Assembly: GCA_965198115.1 (NCBI GenBank)
Contig: OZ240241.1
Location: 1,824,001-1,888,000 of the forward strand
Direction of reading: 5' to 3'
From: Candidatus Latescibacterota bacterium
Lineage (GTDB): Bacteria > Latescibacterota > UBA2968
DNA length: 64,000 bases
Part shown: positions 51,991-61,026 of the stretch, in pieces
How positions within the stretch are numbered: position 1 is the first letter of the stretch
Layout of the letters: each line of letters starts with the position of its first letter
Position numbers and translations under genes: made by a program
The notes under the pieces: generated by a model
Databases searched by the model: none
What the model saw: only the letters and a program-made list of their open reading frames with translations
What the model was told of the DNA's origin: nothing

Positions 51991-53441
51991 CTACACGAAC
52001 TTTATCTTCCTAAGCGCAAAGACCGTCATCTTCAGGAGCAGCCACCCGTGCTGAATCCGCCGGATCTGCGTATCTCCGTAGGTCCTGGCCTTGTATCGGA
52101 TTGGGACCTCTATAATCTTCATCCTCAGTTTGGCCGCCCCAAACAGCAGATCGAAATCCCCGAATGGATCGAAATCTCCGAAGTAGCTCCGTCCTTTTGC
52201 GATCCGCTCGTAGTCTCGCTTGAGGAGTACTTTTGTCCCGCACAGGGTGTCTCGAATCCGCTGTTCGAGGATGTAAGTGAAGGCGATGCTGAAGAACTTG
52301 TTGCCAATCAAATTCAAGAACCGCATCGCGTGTCGTTCCATGGAATAAACAAGCCGGCTGCCGTTGATCAACTCACCCTTCCCCCTAACGAGCGCGTCGA
52401 AGAACTTCACCAGGTCTTCAGGCGGTACCGTCAGGTCTGCGTCAAGAATCATCAACACGTCGCCCGTCGCACGCGCGAACCCTCTCCGTACAGCGTCCCC
52501 CTTCCCACGGCCGTTCCCTTGGAGAACCAACTTGATATCCCGCTCGGGATGATCCTCGATGCATCTTCTGATTTCCTCTGCTGTCCCATCTTCCGACCCA
52601 CCCTCGACGAAGATCAACTCGGTGTGTGATCCCATCCTCGGCACACGATGGACGGCCTGGTCGATGTTTCCCCTCTCGTTCCGACAAGGGATGACCACCG
52701 AACACGTTACGTCAGGGTCGATCTCACTGGAGGCGGGCTTGGCAACCAACACCTGCGTTAGGCACAGCTTCCTCAGAAAGGGGAATCGTGCCAGGTAGGT
52801 GTTTGCGACGTGAGAAACAAGCGGGATCCACTTGGGAAGGAGGAATCGATAGCCTGTCGTCACCACCTCGAATCCAGCAAGATCGAGGAGGTTTTCTATG
52901 TCCCCCATAGGCAGCCAGTTCTGAACCGGGCACGGCATCTTGAGCCCGAGCTGATCGCCCAACCGTAGTACCGGCTCCCAGAGGTAGTTGTAATAGGTGA
53001 TCAGGATGCGTGAGTGGGAGCTTGTGATGTGGTGAAGCTGTTCAAAGGCCTTCTCGATGTCATAGAGATACCCGATGAGGTCCGAGAGAATGACATAGTC
53101 GAATGCTTCGTCAAGATGAAGATCCTCGATATCGCCGACGCTGAAATCGAGTGAAGGGTACTTGACCCGCGCGATTTCAATCATGTTCGTACTCAGGTCT
53201 ATCCCCAGACCCCTCGATGGTTCTACGCCTGCGAGAAGGTCGCCTGTCCCGCAGCCAATCTCCAGAACGCTGGAACCCTTGGGAATCACCGATCGACAGT
53301 AGGATGTGAGGCCGGAGTAGTAGTAGCGGTTCTTGCGATCCACGTGTCTCGATCCGCCGCCAACGCGTCGAAAAGCTGCGAGACGCTCTCCGAGCCCAGC
53401 GTATCTCCCCGCCGGCGCGCATAGGAGACCCAGGTGCTCAC
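51991..53441 (-). pseudogene. Methyltransferase-GT2 fusion, probably frameshifted near 53336 (most of the frame is intact)
   Basis: VLEIGCGTG, then PCRNE, GKGDAVR, LDADLTVPPE, DTLCGTK. The N-terminus FDALAADRDTWI, starting at a GTGA overlap at 53441, is out of frame with KNRYYY. Confidence 0.7.
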
Positions 53442-54376
53442 GGTCGCTGCGCCTCGAACCAGCGGATCGTCTCACCGAGTCCCTGCCTCAGCGCCGTTTC
53501 CGCAACGAACCCGAAGAGGTCCCTTGCCCTGGACGTATCCAGGCATCGTCTGGGTTGCCCATTTGGCCTGGTCCTGTCCCAAACGACTTCGCCGTCGAAC
53601 CCGGTCAGCTCGGCGATGAGGGTTACAAGGTCACGGACAGATATCTCCTTGCCCGTACCAAGATTCACAGGCTCGCCTCCGTCGTAGTGCTCGGCTGCAC
53701 GTACGATGCCTTCGGCCGCGTCCGGGGCGTACAGAAACTCTCTTGTGGGTGAACCGTCGCCCCAACAGGTGATGCTGTCTCTTCCCTCATTCCTGGCCTC
53801 GAGACATTTGTGGATGAGCGCCGGTATGACGTGTCCAGTCTGCAGATCGAAGTTGTCGCGAGGGCCGTACAGATTCACGGGAAGCAGATAGACACCGTTG
53901 AGGCCATACTCCTGACGATAAGCCTGGAGCTGCGTCAGAATCATCTTCTTCGCCAGACCGTACGGAGCGTTCGTCTCCTCTGGATAGCCCTCCCACAGGT
54001 GCACCTCCTTGAACGGGACGGGTGTCATCTTGGGGTATGAGCAGATGGTGCCGACGACGACGATCTTCTCCACGCCGAACAGCCGTGCCGCTTCCACGAG
54101 TTCGAGCCCCATGACAGCATTTTCATAGAAGAACAATCCCGGATGCTCTCTGTTGGCTCCGATGCCTCCGACAACACCGGCCAGATGGAAGACAACCTGA
54201 GGTTTGACCGAATCGAACAGGCTTCGGACGCACGCACGTTCTCGAAGGTCGCACTCGGCGCGTGTGGGCAGGATGAGCTCCCCCGCTTGCCCGGACTCGA
54301 GTCTTTCGACGACGTGACTGCCCAGGAAGCCGTGGGCTCCCGTCACCAGAACTCGTTTTTCTTTTAGCCTAAGCAA
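53438..54376 (-). CDS. fcl: GDP-L-fucose synthase
   Basis: [64 protein letters not shown]. Confidence 0.93.
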   Translation of the reverse strand: MLRLKEKRVLVTGAHGFLGSHVVERLESGQAGELILPTRAECDLRERACVRSLFDSVKPQVVFHLAGVVGGIGANREHPGLFFYENAVMGLELVEAARLFGVEKIVVVGTICSYPKMTPVPFKEVHLWEGYPEETNAPYGLAKKMILTQLQAYRQEYGLNGVYLLPVNLYGPRDNFDLQTGHVIPALIHKCLEARNEGRDSITCWGDGSPTREFLYAPDAAEGIVRAAEHYDGGEPVNLGTGKEISVRDLVTLIAELTGFDGEVVWDRTRPNGQPRRCLDTSRARDLFGFVAETALRQGLGETIRWFEAQRP

Positions 54377-54419
54377 CCACGTGTTTCCTGGTCTGCCATT
54401 AGCAGTGGCGGATACTGAC

Positions 54420-54790
54420 CTATCGGGGGTCAGACTGCAGCCGTTTTACCCAAGCCAGCCCCCCAACCACAACATGAAACGCGAAATACATCGACAACGC
54501 ATAGACAAACGGCAGAGCAGGCATTGAATAACGACCGCCCTGCGGGGCGCTGAATGCCGAGGGGATAATGTAGGCATTGGCGATCCAGAGCCCCAGGCAA
54601 AGGAACGATCCCGGATCGACTCGTTTATCCTGGCCAATGGAGTGAACGACACACAGAATGAATCCAGGCACGAACAGCCAGAGACAAGCGTTGAAAAGTC
54701 TACCGGGTATGGAAATGAGCAGGATTTTTTGGACTGCCCTGACGTAGAGCCCCGCGTTCATCAGGCTGGACGTACTCACGCGGAAGAAAT
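54420..54790 (-). pseudogene. C-terminal remnant of a membrane protein truncated by IS256
   Basis: Three TM-like segments and GGRYSMPALPF (GT-C-like tail). The frame runs up to the IS end. Confidence 0.55.
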
Positions 54791-56178
54791 GGTGAGGTCC
54801 CTATCCTAGTTGAAACTTAAAGGGCTCCAAACTTACGTTGTGGGTAGACGTGTGAGAGCGTGTACCCGTAAGAAAGGAGCCCACGATGGAGAAGCTATTT
54901 GCAGGGGATGGCGAAGTCAAGGTTGGGTCAGACGTTATGGATTTGGAGACGCGTTTATCGGTGATCCGGGCGCTGATTCCGCTGGGTCTGGAGGCCGTTG
55001 CCGACGTGCTCCAGCAGGAGGTGGAGCAGCTCGCAGGCGTTCGGTATGCGCGTAAGGGTTCAGAGCAGTCGCATCGTCGATGGGGAAGCCAGAAAGGGTC
55101 CGTGTATCTGATGGACCAGAAGCTGCCGGTGGCCGTTCCCCGTGTGCGCGACGTCGAGTCCGATACGGAGGTTTCTCTGGCCGCATACCGGGGGATGCAG
55201 AGGCCCAGAGCGATGGATGAGAAGCTGCTGCTTCGTGTGCTCAAGGGAATCTCCTGTCGCAACTACAGAGCCTGTGCAGAGTCGGTACCCGAAGCGTTCG
55301 GAATCTCGGCATCCTCCGTCTCGCGACGGTTCATCAAAGCCACCGCAAAGAAGCTGAAGCAGTTCCAGGAACGACCGCTCGACGACTACGACTTGGTCGC
55401 CCTGTTCATCGACGGAAAGAGCTTTGCCGACGAAGAGATCGTGATCGCTCCGGGCGTCACGACGGACGGCCAGAAGATCCCCCTGGGCTTCGTCGAATCG
55501 GCGACGGAGAACGAACGGATCTGCCGTCAGCTGATCCAGGATCTCATCCGGAGAGGCCTGTGCTACGACCAGGGCCTTCTCGTTGTGCTGGACGGCTCAA
55601 AGGGACTCCGCAGTGCCGTCACCAAAGCCCTCAAAGGGGATGTGTGCGTGCATCGCTGTCAGTGGCACAAGCGCGAGAACGTCGTCAGCTACCTCCCGGA
55701 GGCAGAACGTCCAAGAGTTCGACGGAAACTTCAGAAAGCCTATGACTGCGACACCTACGAGGAGGCAAAGGCCGCACTCGAATCACTCAAACCCGAACTC
55801 AAGCTGATGAATCAGTCTGCCGTGGCAAGCCTCGAGGAAGGACTGGAGGAAACCCTGACCCTCCACCGGCTGGGGATGCTCCCGTTCTTGAAGCGAAGCT
55901 TCCGAACCACCAATTGCATCGAGGCGCTCAACAGCATGACCGGCAACCTGATACGGAAGGTCAACCGCTGGAACAACTCTCCTCAGCGACACAGATGGGT
56001 CGCGGCCGCACTCCTCGACATCGAACCACGCCTGCGACGCGTGAGCGGATACAAACACCTCCCGCTGCTCAGGCAAGCACTGAAAAACAACCTGAATCTC
56101 GGCGACAATCAAGATGCTCGGCAGAGAGCATGAATACCACGGAGCCCGATGAGTTTCAACTGACTATGGGACTTGACC
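54791..56178 (+). mobile_element. IS256-family element (different from the one at 29056)
   Basis: 27-bp imperfect inverted repeats ggtgaggtccctatcctagttgaaact / agtttcaactgactatgggacttgacc. No target duplication. Confidence 0.9.
54886..56133 (+). CDS. IS256-family transposase
   Basis: VPRVR, LFIDGK, VLDGSKGL, RCQWHKRENV, RTTNCIE. Confidence 0.93.
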   Translation: MEKLFAGDGEVKVGSDVMDLETRLSVIRALIPLGLEAVADVLQQEVEQLAGVRYARKGSEQSHRRWGSQKGSVYLMDQKLPVAVPRVRDVESDTEVSLAAYRGMQRPRAMDEKLLLRVLKGISCRNYRACAESVPEAFGISASSVSRRFIKATAKKLKQFQERPLDDYDLVALFIDGKSFADEEIVIAPGVTTDGQKIPLGFVESATENERICRQLIQDLIRRGLCYDQGLLVVLDGSKGLRSAVTKALKGDVCVHRCQWHKRENVVSYLPEAERPRVRRKLQKAYDCDTYEEAKAALESLKPELKLMNQSAVASLEEGLEETLTLHRLGMLPFLKRSFRTTNCIEALNSMTGNLIRKVNRWNNSPQRHRWVAAALLDIEPRLRRVSGYKHLPLLRQALKNNLNLGDNQDARQRA

Positions 56179-56330
56179 TTACGATCAGCATCGGTGTGGG
56201 AACGTTGACGGAAGAGATGGAGTCCGAGGAGAAGCTGCTCGACGCTGCCGACAGGGCCGTGTATCTCGCGAAGCAGAAGAAAGACATGGTTTGGCCCCAC
56301 ATCAACGCTCAAGAGCAGCCAGCCGCTTAG
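56179..56330 (+). pseudogene. C-terminal remnant of a GGDEF diguanylate cyclase
   Basis: TISIGV...LLDAADRAVYLAKQ is the conserved GGDEF C-terminus and begins exactly at the IS end. Confidence 0.8.
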
Positions 56331-56337
56331 CTACCGC

Positions 56338-56366
56338 TTGACAGTCATGTTGACCTTGTGTAGCTT
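56338..56366 (+). promoter_or_regulatory. Sigma70 promoter of tRNA-Gly
   Basis: TTGACA, 17 bp, TAGCTT, ending 25 bp before the tRNA. Confidence 0.75.
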
Positions 56367-56391
56367 CAAAAATCGTGACAGCTGACAAGAA

Positions 56392-56467
<76 letters not shown>

Positions 56468-56480
56468 AAATATTCGAGCA

Positions 56481-56516
56481 AAAGTCCGTTAAACTTCCCC
56501 CCGTTTAACGGACTTT
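56481..56516 (+). terminator. Hairpin terminator after the tRNA
   Basis: Perfect 14-bp stem aaagtccgttaaac / gtttaacggacttt. Confidence 0.7.
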
Positions 56517-56582
56517 GCTGTATGCGGCTGACGCCCACGACGCGACATTCGTCGATGACTTTTCGGACACCAAGAGGGTGAT

Positions 56583-57722
56583 GTGACGCAAGATCTGAAG
56601 AACCGATTGGCCAGCCTCGCCTTCCCCCACATTCGTCTCCTCGCACCCGGTCCTCACGGTCTGACTCCCGCGGTGACCAAGGTGCTCCAAAACTACACCG
56701 CACGCTTTACTCACCGGGCTGATGACTTTAAGACGTGCTACGCTCGAACAGTCGATCTGCTCAACGAACTGTTTAACATACCCGACGCATTCACACCCCT
56801 CGTGTTCGGTCACACGGGCAGCTACAACTGGGAGATGGTCGCCGCCAACACACCCGATCGATTTCGAACGCTCGGTATCGACATCGGATCTTTCTCGAAG
56901 CGATGGGCTCAGGTCTTCAACGACCGAGGACGACACGCCGATGTCATCTCGGCAGATTGGGGTGAGGGCATCACACCGAACGGAATACGGGAGGCGATGT
57001 CCGCGGGCTACGACCTGGTCCTCCTCATTCAGAACGAGACGTCGACGGGCGTTGCATTAGATGTCGGAGCGCTCTCGGAGACCATTCGATCGGTCAATCC
57101 CGAAGCCTACATCGGCATCGACGCCGTCAGCATCGCCGGAGCTGTGGAGGTCGATATCGGCCGTCTGCAACCAGACTACTACCTGTGGAGCTTGCAAAAG
57201 GACTTTTCCATACCCACGATCGGTTCGGTGATGATCGTTTCCGATCGCGCGGCGGAATTGGCAGAAACCGTTCCCGACCGGGGCTATGTATTGGACGTTG
57301 TCGAATGGTTGAGCCGTGCCGCGAACGCGCAGACTCCCATGACCGTCGCGGATCTGACCCTGCAATGCATCACCGCCAGGCTCGAGGAGATGAAGGCGGA
57401 GGGAAGTGCCCGTTTCGATCGACACGCTGCGATCGCGGCCAAGCACAAAGCGTGGGCAACGGAACGTGGACAGTCGCTCCTCGCCAGGAAGGGGTTCGAG
57501 TCACCGACCGTGAGCGCCATTTCCCTGCCCGACGGCATCACAGGGCCGGAGCTCACCGCCCGGACTCGCGAATGGTTGAACGCCCAGATCGCACCCGGCT
57601 ACGGCACGACGGCAGATGGTTACATCCGAATCGCCGCGATGGGCACGACGACCGTCGAGGACACCGATCGGCTGCTGGAGGGTCTGGGGCTGCTGATCGA
57701 TCACTGGGATGAGCTTACATGA
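56583..57722 (+). CDS. Class V PLP aminotransferase (serine-pyruvate/alanine-glyoxylate-like)
   Basis: LLAPGP, THR, QNETSTGV, IDAVS, SLQK, IRIAAMG. Confidence 0.88.
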   Translation: MTQDLKNRLASLAFPHIRLLAPGPHGLTPAVTKVLQNYTARFTHRADDFKTCYARTVDLLNELFNIPDAFTPLVFGHTGSYNWEMVAANTPDRFRTLGIDIGSFSKRWAQVFNDRGRHADVISADWGEGITPNGIREAMSAGYDLVLLIQNETSTGVALDVGALSETIRSVNPEAYIGIDAVSIAGAVEVDIGRLQPDYYLWSLQKDFSIPTIGSVMIVSDRAAELAETVPDRGYVLDVVEWLSRAANAQTPMTVADLTLQCITARLEEMKAEGSARFDRHAAIAAKHKAWATERGQSLLARKGFESPTVSAISLPDGITGPELTARTREWLNAQIAPGYGTTADGYIRIAAMGTTTVEDTDRLLEGLGLLIDHWDELT

Positions 57723-57725
57723 AGC

Positions 57726-57852
57726 GGTGTTCAGTGTTCGGTGTTCCACAGCCTGCTGGAGGGGCTTCGAGGCTTCTTCGCACCCAATTCCCATTCGGGC
57801 CTGGATCTTCCTCCGAATTTTCGACCCTCGGTGTCCTCAGTGTTCTCCGTGG
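57726..57852. repeat. Short intergenic tandem repeats
   Basis: (r)gtgttc x3 at 57726-57746. 9-mers cctcggtgt/cctcagtgt/tctccgtgg at 57826-57852. Confidence 0.5.
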
Positions 57853-57872
57853 CTGTCCTTGGTTTTCACGAC

Positions 57873-58703
57873 ATGAATAGACCAACGAGCATGATTTGCC
57901 CGAGCTGCGGGAACCTCATCAGCACGGAGGAGACGGAGTGCCCGATGTGCGGGGCACGTCATCCCAACCTCTTCGGCATCGGGCCTTATCTCAACCGGCT
58001 GTTTGGCCAGCAGATCGACATCCTCACTCTGATCCCGACCGCCTGTATCGCGCTTTTCGTTCTCAGTCTGGTCCTCGATCTGAATGCAGCCTTGAGCGGG
58101 GGCGGGGGGATCTTCGGGATGCTGAGTCCCGGCGCCCGCCCGCTCTATCTCCTTGGTATGACGGGTGGATTGGCTCGCGGGGACTGGTGGACGGTGCTCA
58201 CGGCAACCTACCTACACGGCAGCTTACTCCACATCGTTTTCAACGTGATGTGGATTCGGCAGCTCGGCCCCGAGGTCGGTGGTATCTACGGTCCCGCCCG
58301 GTTCTTCATCATATTCACGGCTGGGGGTGCCATCGGATTCATCCTCTCCAACACGCTTTCCGGCGCACCGACGATCGGTGCATCGGGCGCCATCTTCGGG
58401 CTACTCGCGGCCCTCATCGTTTACGGACGCACGCAAGGCGGAAGTATGGCGTTAATGACCCGCCAGGTCTGGCAGTGGGCCATTTTCCTGTTCATCTTCG
58501 GGTTCATGATGAGCGGCGTGAACAACTTTGCTCACCTGGGTGGATTCATCGGTGGGTGGATGGCGGCCAGGCTCCTGGTCAACGGGGCCGGGCGTCGAGA
58601 TAGCCGCAAGGTGACCATCCTCGCCATCGTCCTGCTCGTCTTAACCGGGGCTGGTTATGCGCTTTCGATCGTCAACAACGTGAGCGTGCTCTACCTCCGT
58701 TGA
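57873..58703 (+). CDS. Rhomboid intramembrane serine protease with N-terminal Zn ribbon
   Basis: CPSCG..CPMCG, HGSLLHIVFN, GASGAIFG, AHLGG. Confidence 0.92.
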   Translation: MNRPTSMICPSCGNLISTEETECPMCGARHPNLFGIGPYLNRLFGQQIDILTLIPTACIALFVLSLVLDLNAALSGGGGIFGMLSPGARPLYLLGMTGGLARGDWWTVLTATYLHGSLLHIVFNVMWIRQLGPEVGGIYGPARFFIIFTAGGAIGFILSNTLSGAPTIGASGAIFGLLAALIVYGRTQGGSMALMTRQVWQWAIFLFIFGFMMSGVNNFAHLGGFIGGWMAARLLVNGAGRRDSRKVTILAIVLLVLTGAGYALSIVNNVSVLYLR

Positions 58704-58708
58704 CCACA

Positions 58709-59719
58709 TCAGATCCTGCGAATTCCATCGCTCCAACTCAGACTATCCGCGTCCCCCGTCACCCAATCCAGTTTCAATGCGACGTGATCGATCGTCACGC
58801 GATTGTTCGTGAACGTGACGTGGACCGTATCGTCAGGTCCTTGGATCACCGCCGGATAGTGAAAACGACCTTCCCCCGTCACGAGATCTTTTCGGATCGG
58901 CCACGTCGCCCCTTCGTCCTCGCTCAGCGCAACGGTGAGGGGATTCCGCTCCTCCGGATTGCTGTTCCACACGACAAGAATGCGACCATCTTCGAGTTGC
59001 ACTGCATCCAGCGCGGCGAAGGGTGACGTCAGGTCCGTCAACACCGCAGTCGACCACGTTTCTCCCCCATCGCTCGACTCGCTCTGGAGGACGTAGCCCT
59101 GACGTCCAGAGGGTCGAAGCAGAGCCAGAATCGTTCCATCCGATCTTTCGAGCAACGTCGGATGCTGGTTGCGCTCCCCTTCGATCTTCGTGATCTCCTT
59201 CCACGTCCCGCCATCGTCCCGGCTCCTCCAGATGCGGGAATGACCGTCCTTGTACTCGGTTCCAAAGAGGAAGTCCCCGTTCGATAGCTGTAGTGGTTTG
59301 CATCGCGGGACGTGCCCCCGCTCCGTGTCGAGCATCTCCACGTCGGTCCACGTACATCCACCATCCGAGGACCGCTTTCTACGCAGGTCGCACGTCACCC
59401 ATCGAACACCGGGACCGGGCTTCCCATCCAGCTTGCCGTGCATTGTCCCGTAGATCAACTGGATCTCGCCCGACGACGTTTCCACGAGTATTCCGTTCCC
59501 TTCGGGCTTTCCATCCGTATCGGCCACGATCTCGAGTGGCGCGAAACCGTCTTCGGTCTTTCTCGTCAGCACCCAGGCGGCATCCGGTCTCGCCTCACCC
59601 GATCCCGCATAATAGCCGACGAGGAGCTCGCCTGTAGACGTCTCCATCAGAACCGAACAATGACACGATGGAAACCGGTCGGTTGGTTCGGCGACTGCTT
59701 CCCAGGTTAGGATGGACAT
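58709..59719 (-). CDS. BNR/Asp-box sialidase-like protein
   Basis: Four Asp boxes (SSDGGCTW, SRDDGGTW, SSDGGETW, SEDEGATW), RNPL, HYPAV. Confidence 0.88.
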   Translation of the reverse strand: MSILTWEAVAEPTDRFPSCHCSVLMETSTGELLVGYYAGSGEARPDAAWVLTRKTEDGFAPLEIVADTDGKPEGNGILVETSSGEIQLIYGTMHGKLDGKPGPGVRWVTCDLRRKRSSDGGCTWTDVEMLDTERGHVPRCKPLQLSNGDFLFGTEYKDGHSRIWRSRDDGGTWKEITKIEGERNQHPTLLERSDGTILALLRPSGRQGYVLQSESSDGGETWSTAVLTDLTSPFAALDAVQLEDGRILVVWNSNPEERNPLTVALSEDEGATWPIRKDLVTGEGRFHYPAVIQGPDDTVHVTFTNNRVTIDHVALKLDWVTGDADSLSWSDGIRRI

Positions 59720-59768
59720 GCGTTTGTCCTCACGCTGAACATCGTCTCAGTCCAAACACATCAGCCAA

Positions 59769-59858
59769 TGTCATCCCGGCAGGTTTCTGGCCGGGATCCA
59801 TTATCCCGTCCTTGCAGCTGGGATAAATGGGCCCCCCTTCGACAAGCTCAGGACAGGC
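59769..59858. repeat. REP-like palindromic elements
   Basis: tgtcatcccggc...gccgggatcca hairpin, ttatccc...gggataa hairpin, and cccttcgacaagctcaggacaggc. Confidence 0.65.
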
Positions 59859-59972
59859 GGCAAAGAAGCGTACCGGGGTGGCATGGTCTATCGCAATTGC
59901 AGAAGATCCGATCGCAGTCCAAGACTGCTCCCACCCCAATCGTTTGGCACGCCTGCTCACCTCTTCGGGGTT

Positions 59973-61007
59973 TCAACCTTTCTGTGGTTTCAAAACGACT
60001 TTCACCACCTCTTCCGCTTTCTGGTCCATCAGATGGAACCCGTGAGGCGCTTCTTCCAGACTCAGGCGATGCGTGATCAGCGGATTGAGGTCGAGTTGGC
60101 CTGATGACATCAACTCAAACACAGGTTCATAGCCTTCGGGCATGCCCTGCGAGCCGATGATCGCCTTCTCAGAGAACTTGAAATCGATGATGGGGATCGT
60201 GGCGCGATTGTCCTTGAACTAACCGACGACCGTTACGAGTCCACCTGGCTTGACTGCTTCCACGGCTTGGGGTAAAGTCTCGTCCTGATCGGCACCGACA
60301 CATTCGATCACCTTGTCCACACCTTGCCCGTCCGTCAGGTCCTGGATCGGCCCCGACACGTCCTCTTTGTGAGAGTTCAGTGCGAGGTCGGCCCCCAGTT
60401 CCCTCGCACGACGACATCGGTAGTCCACGATGTCCGTCGAGATTACCCGCGCGCCAAGAAGTTTCGACAACAGCATCGCCGACAGCCCGATTGGGCCACA
60501 TCCTTGAATCAGGACCGTTTCACCGGCTTCGATCTTGGCGCGTCCGGAGACGGCGTGGTTCGCGATGCCTGCGGGCTGTGCGACAGCAGCTTCGTCGAAA
60601 GTCAGACCCTCCGGTATCTGTGCGAGGCGGCCGGCAACAACGGTCATCCGCTCGGCATAAGCCCCGTGGGCGGTGAATCCAGGGCTCCCGGGGTTTAGGC
60701 AATCGACAGGACGACCAGCGCGACACGGATCGCACGACCCACACGCCTTGCGACCGGTTCCAGCCACGCGATCGCCCACCTTCACTGAAGTCACGCCCTC
60801 GCCGATCGCCTCGACGACACTGGCAACTTCGTGCCCCATCACACGAGGAAACGTCATCTTCGGATGCCAGCCGTGCAGACCTTCCAGGTCCGATCCACAG
60901 ACGGAGCAGGATTCGATGCGCAGCCTCACTTCGCCAGCTCGCGGCTCCTCGTCGGGCAGCTCCACAAGCTCGATCTGTTCTGGCTCTCTGACCATCACGG
61001 CTCTCAC
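59973..61007 (-). pseudogene. Zn-binding alcohol dehydrogenase (MDR) with an internal TAG at 60219
   Basis: CGSD, GHE, four-Cys site, GCGPIG. The frame continues past the TAG (LITHRLSLEE..KVVLKP) to TGA at 59973. Confidence 0.85.
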
Positions 61008-61026
61008 GTCACGGGGCTCCCTTCCA

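Noticed and set aside
19520-53340. Frameshifts as phase-variable switches
   Set aside because: The sites lack long homopolymer or simple-sequence tracts.
3270-54376. Nod-factor-like pathway (carbamoyl, sulfate, fucose, arabinose and methyl tailoring)
   Set aside because: No NodA/NodB/NodC-like core is recognisable, and the flippase, Wzy-like and nonulosonate genes point to a surface glycan.
55914-56330. 138-aa ORF as an independent gene
   Set aside because: It is an IS256 alternate frame joined to the GGDEF remnant.
58709-59719. Sialidase-like gene as a partner of the nonulosonate pathway
   Set aside because: It lies outside the locus beyond an IS junction, lacks a signal peptide, and such BNR proteins are common, so nothing supports a link.
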